A stretch of DNA of 64,000 bases. It comes from a virus. Below the pieces are notes generated by a model. That model made no database searches and was not told the DNA's origin. It saw nothing but the letters and a program-made list of their open reading frames with translations. The position numbers and the translations under genes are program-made. Shown piece by piece: positions 1 to 7,424 of this stretch (its first letter is position 1; every line of letters begins with the position of its first letter). The stretch lies in the IMG/VR virus record IMGVR_UViG_3300044632_002025. One strand, written 5' to 3'.

Positions 1-59
1 GGAGGTGTCCGCCCAAACTATATTGGACAAGATAATTATTCCTAGCTAGGATAGAAAAT

Positions 60-344
60 ATGGCTTTAACTTTTGCCCCCCCAGTCCCCGCAAGTGGACA
101 TTATCAACTAGACCCTTTATATGTTAACTCCGGTGTTGACATCGTTCGTGCTTCTTACGGTTATGATTTGAATGGTACTGCTGATGCTGACCAATTACTT
201 CAACGTCAAGCCATCATTGCTCTTTTAGAGTTTGCTATCGAAGATACCGCTTTCGTTAATGCTATTCAGGCAATTGCCGCTACTGCTGGTGTTACTACCC
301 CTGTTTCCTTCGTTTCGGCGTTGGTTACTAAATTAACTGCTTAA
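60..344 (+). CDS. hypothetical protein (94 aa)
   Basis: Intact ORF with no recognisable motif. Confidence 0.35.
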   Translation: MALTFAPPVPASGHYQLDPLYVNSGVDIVRASYGYDLNGTADADQLLQRQAIIALLEFAIEDTAFVNAIQAIAATAGVTTPVSFVSALVTKLTA

Positions 345-391
345 TCCGTCCTAATCTGGGTCTGATTCAGCCTTAACCAAGCCCCCCAGTC

Positions 392-631
392 ATGGGTGGG
401 TATTTTTTTGTACCTATTCCCCTTATTGCAAGCATATTATTATTAAGTCCCAAACCCCTTTCCATAATGGTTTTTTTATTGCTTTTAGCTTCTTTAATGG
501 TCTTTGCCATTACTATTGTAGCCATTGTTGGTTTACTGTTGGCTTACCGTCAACCTCCTGAACCTCAACGCTTTGATGATTTATCCGATTTCGATTTATT
601 AGACCCTAGGGAATTTGCTGACCGTAATTAA
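392..631 (+). CDS. small membrane protein (79 aa, two hydrophobic segments)
   Basis: Hydrophobic stretches IPLIASILLLS and VFLLLLASLMVFAITIVAIVGLLLA. Confidence 0.4.
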   Translation: MGGYFFVPIPLIASILLLSPKPLSIMVFLLLLASLMVFAITIVAIVGLLLAYRQPPEPQRFDDLSDFDLLDPREFADRN

Positions 632-742
632 ACCGTCAACAACCACACATTTTTGTTGTGTTCTAATGGGTGATAAGGGGTCATCCTTTTGGGTGATGGG
701 TGTGGATAACTTTAACCCCCTTGAACAGTACAAATGAACTAA

Positions 743-764
743 TATATAACTGTATAGTTATATA
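743..764. repeat. AT-rich perfect palindrome TATATAACT-gtat-AGTTATATA
   Basis: 9-bp inverted arms read directly from the sequence. Confidence 0.8.
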
Positions 765-921
765 ATTATATGGTCAAAAAGTGCTTTTTGTGTGGCTGAA
801 ATCAGCCCCTAACCCTAAACCTTCCTAATTTCGCCTCCAAAATGATGTATAATGATGTATATCAAACTCCTGGTCGGTATTGGTTTTCTCTGGTCAACCT
901 AAAGGATTGTGAGACAATTAT

Positions 922-1050
922 GAAAAAGAGTTATGGTGGATTTTACCATTATTTGGGGTTGAGGGGGAAAAAGAGTTATGGTGAATTTCACCATTATTAT
1001 CTTAGGTGGAAAAAGAGTTATGGTAATTTTTACCATTATTATCTTGGGTT
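922..1050. repeat. three tandem 42-45 bp units, each carrying a 17-bp palindrome (ATGGTGnAtTTnCACCAT type)
   Basis: GAAAAAGAGTTATGGTGGATTTTACCATTATT starts at 922, 967 and 1009. Track ORF 842-1072 is just its translation (repeated KKSYG.F.HYY). Confidence 0.85.
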
Positions 1051-1146
1051 GGGGGGGGTGGGGATTTGTTGAGAAATGTTTCTTCGGTTAAAGCTCTTTG
1101 AGTGTCTTATCATACCTAAGATTGGCTCAGGGTCAGCCTTTTAGAC

Positions 1147-1157
1147 TATACGCCCAA
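1147..1157 (+). promoter_or_regulatory. start-associated motif copy (TATACGCCCAA)
   Basis: 38 nt upstream of ATG 1195. Its 3' half forms a hairpin arm (AATCCA/TGGATT). Confidence 0.45.
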
Positions 1158-1194
1158 TCCAGAAATTGGATTCTAAAACTATTTATAGAGGGAT

Positions 1195-1686
1195 ATGAGA
1201 AAGAAAGACGTTAGAATGAGCAAAGAGGTCGTGGAACAAACCAAAAAATTGTTCCAAATCTATAAACTGGGAGGGGTGTCTGTTAGGACTTTAGCAGAAC
1301 GGTTCGATATTCCCTGGACTACTTTAAGAGATAGATTTCGTTCCCAATATGGAAAACAGTATACCAAACATAGAGCAGATGAAGGGACTGTCCATGCTGT
1401 GATTAAAGAACATTTAAGTCGTCTAGAAGGTATTCACTTACGCAGGGCGGCTGAATGGTATCGGAAGAATCAAGCAGAACTCCTAATGCAAGCTCTTGAA
1501 GACCAAATGAATCCAGGGCAACGACCTAAAGTATATACCGAACGTCGTATGGATTCTGATACCAAAGCTATGTGTCGTTTGAACCATGATATAGGGTCTT
1601 CTCCTTATTTATCCGATGGTAGGTATGAACCTAAAATCGATGGTGAAGATTCAGACGAACCTTTACCATCAGACTTTTGGGATTAA
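1195..1686 (+). CDS. putative helix-turn-helix DNA-binding protein
   Basis: GGVSVRTLAERFDIPWTTLRDRF looks like an HTH. It lies next to the palindromic iterons. Confidence 0.5.
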   Translation: MRKKDVRMSKEVVEQTKKLFQIYKLGGVSVRTLAERFDIPWTTLRDRFRSQYGKQYTKHRADEGTVHAVIKEHLSRLEGIHLRRAAEWYRKNQAELLMQALEDQMNPGQRPKVYTERRMDSDTKAMCRLNHDIGSSPYLSDGRYEPKIDGEDSDEPLPSDFWD

Positions 1687-1688
1687 TT

Positions 1689-1718
1689 GGGTCTAACGGG
1701 GTCTAACGGGGTCTGACC
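1689..1718. repeat. three tandem decamers GGGTCTAACG/GGGTCTGACC
   Basis: Direct reading of the sequence. Confidence 0.8.
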
Positions 1719-1747
1719 CATCCTCAACCCTACCTGACCCCTCCTGA

Positions 1748-1768
1748 CCCCTTTGGAAGGGGTTTTTT
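1748..1768 (+). terminator. rho-independent terminator CCCCTT-tgg-AAGGGG-TTTTTT
   Basis: Hairpin plus T6. A near-identical element lies at 59809-59829. Confidence 0.7.
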
Positions 1769-1804
1769 ATTGTCAACCCCCAGTCTGCCCCGGTTAAGCT
1801 GGGG

Positions 1805-1996
1805 GGTGGTTCAAATGTACTAGACAAAGATGAACTGGGGGGGGTAGGGGGGGGTTCTCTTTTTTCAGGGCGACCCTTCCTATTCCATCCCCCCCAAGTT
1901 TGACAGGGCTTAACTGGGTTTGACCCCTAGACCCCCTTTTACCTTGGGTATGAGTATTTATACCTATCCCTAAAGACATAGTACGGGGTTTGACCC
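1805..1996 (-). repeat. repeat module M copy 1 (TATAAATA block, G/C-run box, TAGTACATTTG block)
   Basis: Its reverse complement is colinear with 3128-3255 and 60837-60990. 1861-1996 is a ~135-bp direct repeat of 2200-2336. Confidence 0.75.
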
Positions 1997-2173
1997 GACC
2001 AGACCCCGTTTAACCACTTCCACCCAACCTGACCCAGTTAGCTAAGGGTGGAAGTGGGGGGGTTCTTGGGTTTTTTTATGGAGACCTCCTTGATTCCACT
2101 TGGTCGGATTGGGTTGAATCTGGTTTGACCCTGCCAGCCCCAGCCTAAGCCAACCAGCCCCAGCCATTCCTTA

Positions 2174-2336
2174 CTAAGGGGGTAGGGGGGTTAGGTTGGT
2201 TTTTCAGGGCGACCCCCCTTATTTCATCCCTCCCAAGTTTAACAGGGCTTAACTGGGTTTGACCCCCCAGACCCCCTTTTACCTTGGGTATGAGTATTTA
2301 TACCTATTTCTAAAGACATAGTACGGGGTTTGACCC
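2174..2336 (-). repeat. repeat module M copy 2
   Basis: Direct repeat of copy 1 at 340-bp spacing. It includes ACCTTGGGTATGAGTATTTATACCTAT. Confidence 0.75.
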
Positions 2337-2497
2337 TGCCAGACCAGTCTTAGCCAACCAGTCCCAACTATTCTATACTAGGGGGGTAGGGGGGGTTAGG
2401 TTGGTTTTTATAACGGACAGTTATAACTCCGCACCTGGTCTGACCTGTTTTAGCCCGGTTCAACCCCAGTTTAATACATTTGTACTATATAAATCCA

Positions 2498-2536
2498 CAA
2501 CTGGGGGGGTTCGAGGCATTTTTCACCCCCCTAGTT
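2498..2536. repeat. G-run/C-run hairpin CAACTGGGGGGG...CCCCCCTAGTT
   Basis: Inverted arms with a 16-nt T-rich loop. Confidence 0.7.
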
Positions 2537-2560
2537 TCCCCTTTAGACTCAGATGAAACC

Positions 2561-2630
2561 CAGTCTGGCCATGTTCAACCCAGTCTGGTCATGTTCAACC
2601 CCGTCTGGCCATGCTTAACCCAGTCTGGTA
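2561..2630. repeat. 3.5 tandem copies of the 20-mer CAGTCTGGCCATGTTCAACC
   Basis: Exact 20-bp period (2561, 2581, 2601, 2621). Confidence 0.85.
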
Positions 2631-2650
2631 CAAGTGTACTAAGGGTCTAA

Positions 2651-2701
2651 CAAGTAGGGGGGTTACTTGAATCTGAAATTCTCTCCGAACCCCCCCACTT
2701 G
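2651..2701. repeat. G-run/C-run hairpin CAAGTAGGGGGGTT...AACCCCCCCACTTG
   Basis: 14-nt inverted arms with a 23-nt loop. Confidence 0.7.
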
Positions 2702-2840
2702 CCCCCTTAGACCCAGGTGAAACCTAGACAGGACAAGGTTTCCAGGTTGCCCCCTGACTTCCCCTATTAGGACTTAATTGCCGTTGTTGATGATGGTTAG
2801 ACCAAGTTTAAAATCTGTCAAAAGTTCAGTGTTTTAAGGG

Positions 2841-2869
2841 TTGCAAAATATTCACGCCCAAGTTATAAT
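2841..2869 (+). promoter_or_regulatory. strong sigma70-type promoter TTGCAA-N17-TATAAT
   Basis: Near-consensus hexamers. The spacer contains ACGCCCAA. No protein gene follows for ~600 nt. Confidence 0.6.
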
Positions 2870-2883
2870 AGGGAAAGAGTCTT

Positions 2884-3127
2884 GAGGTCAAATTATACTC
2901 TAGGACAAACATTTAACCTAACCATTTTTAGGAAATGTATAAATGGATACATTTTGGGTCAAACTGGGGCTTAAGGGACACCAACATCGTCAAACCATTC
3001 CAGCATGGGGTTTGCGGGGGATTTGCCAAGTCGAAACTGGAGTAGATAGGGCTAACTGGGAAATTGATGCCCTGGACATAAAAAACCAAAGCAACCCCCC
3101 CACTTGATGGGTTAAAACAGGGCTATA
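2884..3127 (+). repeat. conserved blocks i-iv shared with 60587-60836
   Basis: GAGGTCAAATTA.ACTCTAG.ACAAACATTT.ACCT; AAATGTATAA..G.TACATTTTGGGT; GGACA.CAACATCG.CAAACCATTCCAGCA.GGG..TTGCGGGG. Confidence 0.8.
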
Positions 3128-3345
3128 TCTTTAGAGGTAGGTATAAATACTCATACCTTGTACATAACGGTTAGTCGAGGGCAGTGCGGGGAGAATTAGT
3201 CCTCCCCTGTAGAAAAAACTGACCTACCCCCCCCCACCCCCCCTAGGAGATGAGAGACTGGTTAGTCGAAGGCAGTGCGGGGGGAATTAGGTCTCCCCCG
3301 TAGAAAAAAACTTATCCACCCCCCTACCTACCCCGTTGACGGGTT
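3128..3345 (+). repeat. repeat module M copy 3 plus two ~92-bp tandem subunits (GGCAGTGCGGGG...AGAAAAAAC...CCCCCC)
   Basis: CTTTAGAGGTAGGTATAAATACTCATACC, then subunits at 3170-3258 and 3262-3345. Confidence 0.75.
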
Positions 3346-3380
3346 AACCTAGAAACTCTACGGGGTCGGGACTTCAGTAA

Positions 3381-3422
3381 CAACTAGGGGGGTTATTTTA
3401 GGATTCAGACCCCCCCTAGTTG
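3381..3422. repeat. perfect hairpin CAACTAGGGGGG-N18-CCCCCCTAGTTG
   Basis: 12-nt perfect inverted arms. Confidence 0.8.
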
Positions 3423-3504
3423 GGAATTTAATACCTAAAACAAATAGGGTTTTATCAACTCTAAACAGGTTAGACATTGATAAAACCTATTCGCTATGTT
3501 AGCC

Positions 3505-4242
3505 TTACTCTAAACCAATTTGTTTGATTTTGCCAATTTCACAAGCCTTTTTGACAGCTTCAAATGGTTCTAAACCATCTTCAACAATAAATCTGGAAGC
3601 TAATTCTTCTGCAAACTTTAGCTCTCTTAAGGCTTCAGTAGGAATATGGTCACGGATAGCTCCTGATTCCTTAAGTTGATAGTGGTCTTTGGCTTGTTTT
3701 GATTTAACGCCTAAGACTAGCCCATTGAGATAGTCTGTAGAATTAGGATAGATGAACTTTTTGTAATTAGAACTTAGTTCTGGGTTATTTTCCAAATAAT
3801 ATTTGAAAGAGTCAGTTAGGGTGCGACGGGCGATTTTGCTTTCAACTCTGGTTTGGAGACGGTCATTGCGTTCTTCTTCAGTACGTTGAATATTGAAAGC
3901 ATGGTCTAAGCGACGTTCTAAAGATTCTACCAAACAGGAAAAAGCTACGGCTTGGCATTTTTTGTTGCCCAGTTGAGCATAAGCACTTACTATAGTACAA
4001 AAGGTCTCCATACCCATAAGTCTAGCTAATGCGTTAGTACCCTCTACATGAACCTTCTCAACAGAAAGATTGTCCAGTGCCAGTAAGGGTTTGGCGTATT
4101 TTTTACCGGTTGAGTCACCTATAAGAATATCTAATGCTTTGCAACCATTTTGGGACATAGCATAGCTACCATCAGGTAATTGATACCCTTCAAGTTGGAT
4201 GCCGCCTAATTTAATTGTGGCTTTTTTGGCTTTGTTGTTCAT
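3505..4242 (-). CDS. hypothetical DNA-binding/antirepressor-like protein
   Basis: ORF 3505-4287. Met16 (MNNKAKK, nt 4242) is preferred because the upstream codons overlap a promoter-like TATAAT. The family is not recognised. Confidence 0.45.
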   Translation of the reverse strand: MNNKAKKATIKLGGIQLEGYQLPDGSYAMSQNGCKALDILIGDSTGKKYAKPLLALDNLSVEKVHVEGTNALARLMGMETFCTIVSAYAQLGNKKCQAVAFSCLVESLERRLDHAFNIQRTEEERNDRLQTRVESKIARRTLTDSFKYYLENNPELSSNYKKFIYPNSTDYLNGLVLGVKSKQAKDHYQLKESGAIRDHIPTEALRELKFAEELASRFIVEDGLEPFEAVKKACEIGKIKQIGLE

Positions 4243-4344
4243 AGCTAAATTCCAGTCTGTGAAAAAGAATAACAGACCATAAATCAATTATAGCAATTTG
4301 TCAATGTTCAGACAATGTGAAAAATACGGAAATCCTGACCCCTG

Positions 4345-4362
4345 TTAGACAATAACGCCCAA
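4345..4362 (+). promoter_or_regulatory. start-associated motif TTAGACAATAACGCCCAA
   Basis: Identical 18-mer to 19943, 29651 and 33218(-). 40 nt upstream of ATG 4402. Confidence 0.55.
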
Positions 4363-4401
4363 AGCAGAAAATGTAAACCCAAGTGTACAATTAAAAGAGA
4401 T

Positions 4402-5019
4402 ATGACACCGGAAGAAATTAAACTATTATTAGAGGAATCGCAACAGGCGTTTCTATCCCAACTACAAGGGGAATTGGGAACGCTAAAGGCAGGCATCTTA
4501 AGCGAGGTAGACCGAAAAAACAGTGGATTGGCGAGTAGTCTACAAAAATCCTGGGATAAAAAAACCACTAAAGCACCCGAACCTGAGCCAGAATTAGAAG
4601 TGGAAGTGGAGACACCCAAACAGAAACTAAGTCTTCAAGCCCTACAGAAACAGATTGAAGATTTGAAAAAACAGTCAGAGGAAAAAGACAGAAAAATAGT
4701 TGCCAAAGAATTAGAATCCACATTAAATGCAACAATCTCCAAATTTAAACCGCTAGACTTAGGAATTGCGACCAAAGCCTTTAAGCTACAGTACGAGGAT
4801 AACTTAGTTTACGAGGATGGTGTAGCCTTTGTCAAAAATGGGGATAATGTGGAAAGTCTGGATGAGGCGTTAGGAAAATTCCTAGAAACTGATTTCGGTA
4901 AAAGTCTATTACCCCCGACATCCAAAGCTCGTGGTGCTGGATTAAAACCCCAAAACAGTAGCCCTGCCCCCACAGAGGGGAAACGGGACATTCTGGAAGA
5001 TTTGTTTATTGAGGATTAA
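4402..5019 (+). CDS. putative scaffolding protein
   Basis: Acidic, coiled-coil-like 205-aa protein immediately upstream of the capsid gene. Confidence 0.4.
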   Translation: MTPEEIKLLLEESQQAFLSQLQGELGTLKAGILSEVDRKNSGLASSLQKSWDKKTTKAPEPEPELEVEVETPKQKLSLQALQKQIEDLKKQSEEKDRKIVAKELESTLNATISKFKPLDLGIATKAFKLQYEDNLVYEDGVAFVKNGDNVESLDEALGKFLETDFGKSLLPPTSKARGAGLKPQNSSPAPTEGKRDILEDLFIED

Positions 5020-5040
5020 GTTAAGGTTAAGAGGGTTCTA

Positions 5041-5063
5041 AAACAGAACCCTCCCCCCCTACC
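5041..5063. terminator. hairpin GAGGGTTCT-aaaac-AGAACCCTC between convergent genes
   Basis: 9-bp stem with no clear T-run. Confidence 0.35.
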
Positions 5064-5376
5064 CCAAATTACCCCAAACGAGTCCATCATGGGTAGTCAG
5101 GCAATATAGAGCCTCGACTACCTTAATTAGTTTTAAAGTCAGAAACGGGGTAAGTTCGGGTAGTTTAGAGAGGGCAAACAAATCACGAATGATACCATCA
5201 AAAGCATTACAACGGATAACAGAAAGACTAACACAGATAGGGTTGTTATAGTCAGAAGAACCTAGTAGGGCAAGGCGTTCAGCCAATTCATAGGGGGCGG
5301 AGTCGAGACCAGAGATAAGGAAAGAAATATTGCAATGGGTCTCAAACTTTTCCAATTCCAACTGAAATATACGCAT
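5059..5376 (-). CDS. hypothetical protein
   Basis: ORF on the opposite strand between scaffold and capsid genes. Start taken at MRIFQLE. Confidence 0.3.
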   Translation of the reverse strand: MRIFQLELEKFETHCNISFLISGLDSAPYELAERLALLGSSDYNNPICVSLSVIRCNAFDGIIRDLFALSKLPELTPFLTLKLIKVVEALYCLTTHDGLVWGNLG

Positions 5377-5533
5377 CTTAACACCTACCAATATTTAGAC
5401 TTAGATTGAGCGGAGTAAAAAGGGGTTCGCCCATTTCCTATTATAGAGGCGAACTACGGCCTATTGAACAGTAGAAACCCTGTGTGGGATAAAACACAAA
5501 AGAATCTACTGAAAATAATAGGAAAATTAGAAA

Positions 5534-6580
5534 ATGGCAAAGCTTAATTTAGCAGTAGTCAACACGATTTTTTCGGAATTGTTGACCAAAGAGGTAAACC
5601 GTGAAGCAACCTTCTTGTCGTTGCTGTCGAAGTTACCCGAACGTAAGTCCAATATCCAGTGGTCTGTAGGAGTTGGTGGAACGCAAGCAACGGGAGTAGC
5701 AATTACTGGTTCAGCACCTGCGGCCAGCCAAGACGTAACTATTCCGGCACAGTTACCCATCAATAGTTCTTCGTTACAATCTACTTTCACCTTGAACTTG
5801 AAAGAGATTGAGGAAGCTAAAGAAATGGTTTCCAATGCAGAATTACGTCAGTTGCTGTCTGCACAAATGCGTAATGCAGTAGACGAACAAGCTACTACTT
5901 TAAACCGTAAATTATACAATGGAACCGGTGCGATTTCTGATGGAGGAATCATCGGTCTATCCATTGCGGCTGGTACTGGAGATTATGCGGGTATTCCTTC
6001 AGCGACCTACCCTTTATGGCAAGGACAGGTCGTAGATTGCTGGGATGCCGCCGCCGCCGCCGCCGACAAACGCCAAGCCTTAAAAACCGACTTTATGCTG
6101 GAATTAGACCGTAAAATCCGCTACCGTCCTGGTCGGTATGACCTAATCCTAACTACCCCTAAAGTCGTTGAACAATACAAGAAAGTCTTTGAAGCCAATC
6201 GTAGCTTCCAAATCATGACTTTTGACGGCAACCGAGTTCCTTTGGTGGACTTAGGATTCAACGTGGCTGGTTACATGGGAACCCCAATCATCGATGATGT
6301 GTATTGTAACCGTACCCGTACTGCGGCTGAATCGGCCATTACCACTGCTCTCGGTACTGATGTTGACGAAGGTGTAATGTATTTCTTACGTCGTGAAGAC
6401 TTAACGTTCTATTCCGCACCCGTACAGAACTCGTTTTCGGCTAACGGTGTTTATACCTTAATGCGTCAACTGGCTCAAACTAGCTTGTATGTGGACAACT
6501 TCGTAGTTGGTTGTATTGCCCAGTTGCAATTAGCCACTCGGAAAAACGTTGGAGTTATCCGTAATATTAAAGTCGCCTAA
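5534..6580 (+). CDS. putative major capsid protein
   Basis: 348 aa, follows the scaffold-like gene and is followed by a strong terminator. No motif proof. Confidence 0.6.
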   Translation: MAKLNLAVVNTIFSELLTKEVNREATFLSLLSKLPERKSNIQWSVGVGGTQATGVAITGSAPAASQDVTIPAQLPINSSSLQSTFTLNLKEIEEAKEMVSNAELRQLLSAQMRNAVDEQATTLNRKLYNGTGAISDGGIIGLSIAAGTGDYAGIPSATYPLWQGQVVDCWDAAAAAADKRQALKTDFMLELDRKIRYRPGRYDLILTTPKVVEQYKKVFEANRSFQIMTFDGNRVPLVDLGFNVAGYMGTPIIDDVYCNRTRTAAESAITTALGTDVDEGVMYFLRREDLTFYSAPVQNSFSANGVYTLMRQLAQTSLYVDNFVVGCIAQLQLATRKNVGVIRNIKVA

Positions 6581-6599
6581 GACTTAATAAACCCTAAAT

Positions 6600-6626
6600 C
6601 ACCCCTTTAACGGGGGGTGGTTTTTT
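6600..6626 (+). terminator. rho-independent terminator CACCCC...GGGGTG-TTTTTT
   Basis: Hairpin plus T6 right after the capsid stop. Confidence 0.7.
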
Positions 6627-6701
6627 GTCCTTACCCCACGCCTAAGTGTACGGGAATCCCTACTGAAAGACCGTAGATAATGCTGGAAAAATTGGCATAT
6701 A

Positions 6702-7409
6702 ATGGAAGGGAACATACATTATAGGTCAAATATGGCTATCATTCCAAGCAATCAGACTGAATTACTCGCTTTCGTTTCCCAAGATGCCAGTGAACAAGGG
6801 AATTTGTCAATCCGTGGCGTGGCGAAAATGGTGGGAGTAGACGATATGTCTATCATCCGAGCCTGTAAATTTCTAGAGATATACATGGAGGATGAAACTA
6901 TAAAGCCGTCCGATACCGTTCTACTATTGGATTATTTATCTGAAACAGATAGTACATTATTATCCGAAAGTTTTGTTAGACGCTTTGGCTTACTGGGTAT
7001 TTATGCTTCGACAATCCATTTGTTTGATGGGGTGAGTTTAGGACAAGCTTATAAGACAGCCGCACTAAGTTCTGAGGATTGCCTCAAAGGATTATTTCAG
7101 CAAACTAACAAGGGGAAAAGTAAGGTTACAGGCTATATTTATTGGATACAGCAAGCTACAACAGGTTACACAAAGATAGGGGTTAGTGTAGACCCCTATA
7201 AAAGACTAAGTTCATTACAAGTGGCATCGCCTACCCGTTTAACCTTAATACATAAAAAGCGGTATAATAATTGTGATTTATATGAAATAGAGAAACGTAT
7301 TCACAGACAATATAAAGAATATCATGTCTTAGGCGAATGGTTTGCGCTACCTCAAGATGTGGTCACTAATTTAACTAAGTCCAATAGTAAGTCTAACGGA
7401 TTAGGCTAA
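6702..7409 (+). CDS. T5orf172/GIY-YIG-superfamily domain protein with N-terminal HTH-like region
   Basis: C-terminus GYIYWIQQ..GYTKIGVSVDPYKRLSSLQ...IEKRIHRQYK...GEWFALP matches the T5orf172 pattern. Confidence 0.6.
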   Translation: MEGNIHYRSNMAIIPSNQTELLAFVSQDASEQGNLSIRGVAKMVGVDDMSIIRACKFLEIYMEDETIKPSDTVLLLDYLSETDSTLLSESFVRRFGLLGIYASTIHLFDGVSLGQAYKTAALSSEDCLKGLFQQTNKGKSKVTGYIYWIQQATTGYTKIGVSVDPYKRLSSLQVASPTRLTLIHKKRYNNCDLYEIEKRIHRQYKEYHVLGEWFALPQDVVTNLTKSNSKSNGLG

Positions 7410-7424
7410 ACTAAACAAAATGGG

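Larger units (their letters stand above)
2876..3470 (+). ncRNA. candidate long non-coding transcript A (paralogue of 60374-61055)
   Basis: Lies downstream of promoter 2841-2869. It has no ORF over 54 codons and is block-wise colinear with region B. Confidence 0.3.

Noticed and set aside
842-1072. Track ORF of 76 aa with a repeated KKSYG.F.HYY sequence
   Set aside because: It is the translation of three tandem palindromic DNA repeats. The periodic peptide mirrors the DNA iterons, and there is no RBS.
1794-1979. Minus-strand ORF (61 aa) inside repeat region A. ORFs 59943-60134(-) and 60936-61160(-) in region B are similar.
   Set aside because: The Gly/Pro-rich translations come from G-run/C-run repeats. 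They overlap repeat modules present in both orientations and have no start context.
2943-3107. 54-codon ORF (MDTFWVKLGLKGHQHRQTIPAWGLRG...) covering the most conserved 45-nt block. The counterpart in B is at about 60647-60740.
   Set aside because: Two of the four substitutions in the block are synonymous, which is suggestive. However, the reading frame upstream of the block is not shared between A and B, B lacks an ATG (TTG only) and stops 9 codons after the block. Conservation is at the nucleotide level. This is worth a ribosome-profiling check only.
2884-3495. Regions A and B as phage terminal repeats or attL/attR
   Set aside because: The two copies are clearly diverged (substitutions and indels in every block) and are embedded in different flanks. 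Terminal repeats or att cores would be identical.
1687-3504. Possible CRISPR array, given the many short repeats
   Set aside because: There is no regular repeat-spacer periodicity. The repeats are of several unrelated kinds and orientations, and there is no leader or cas genes in the window.
4308-4619. Minus-strand ORF of 103 aa overlapping the start of the scaffold-like gene
   Set aside because: It is antisense to a better-supported gene and its late motif, and the product is low-complexity Ser-rich.
5527-5835. Minus-strand ORF antisense to the capsid gene. The many 60-115-aa antisense ORFs inside the tape measure, tail, portal, TerL and helicase genes are similar.
   Set aside because: They are fully nested in long, well-supported ORFs on the other strand. 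These are typical shadow ORFs.
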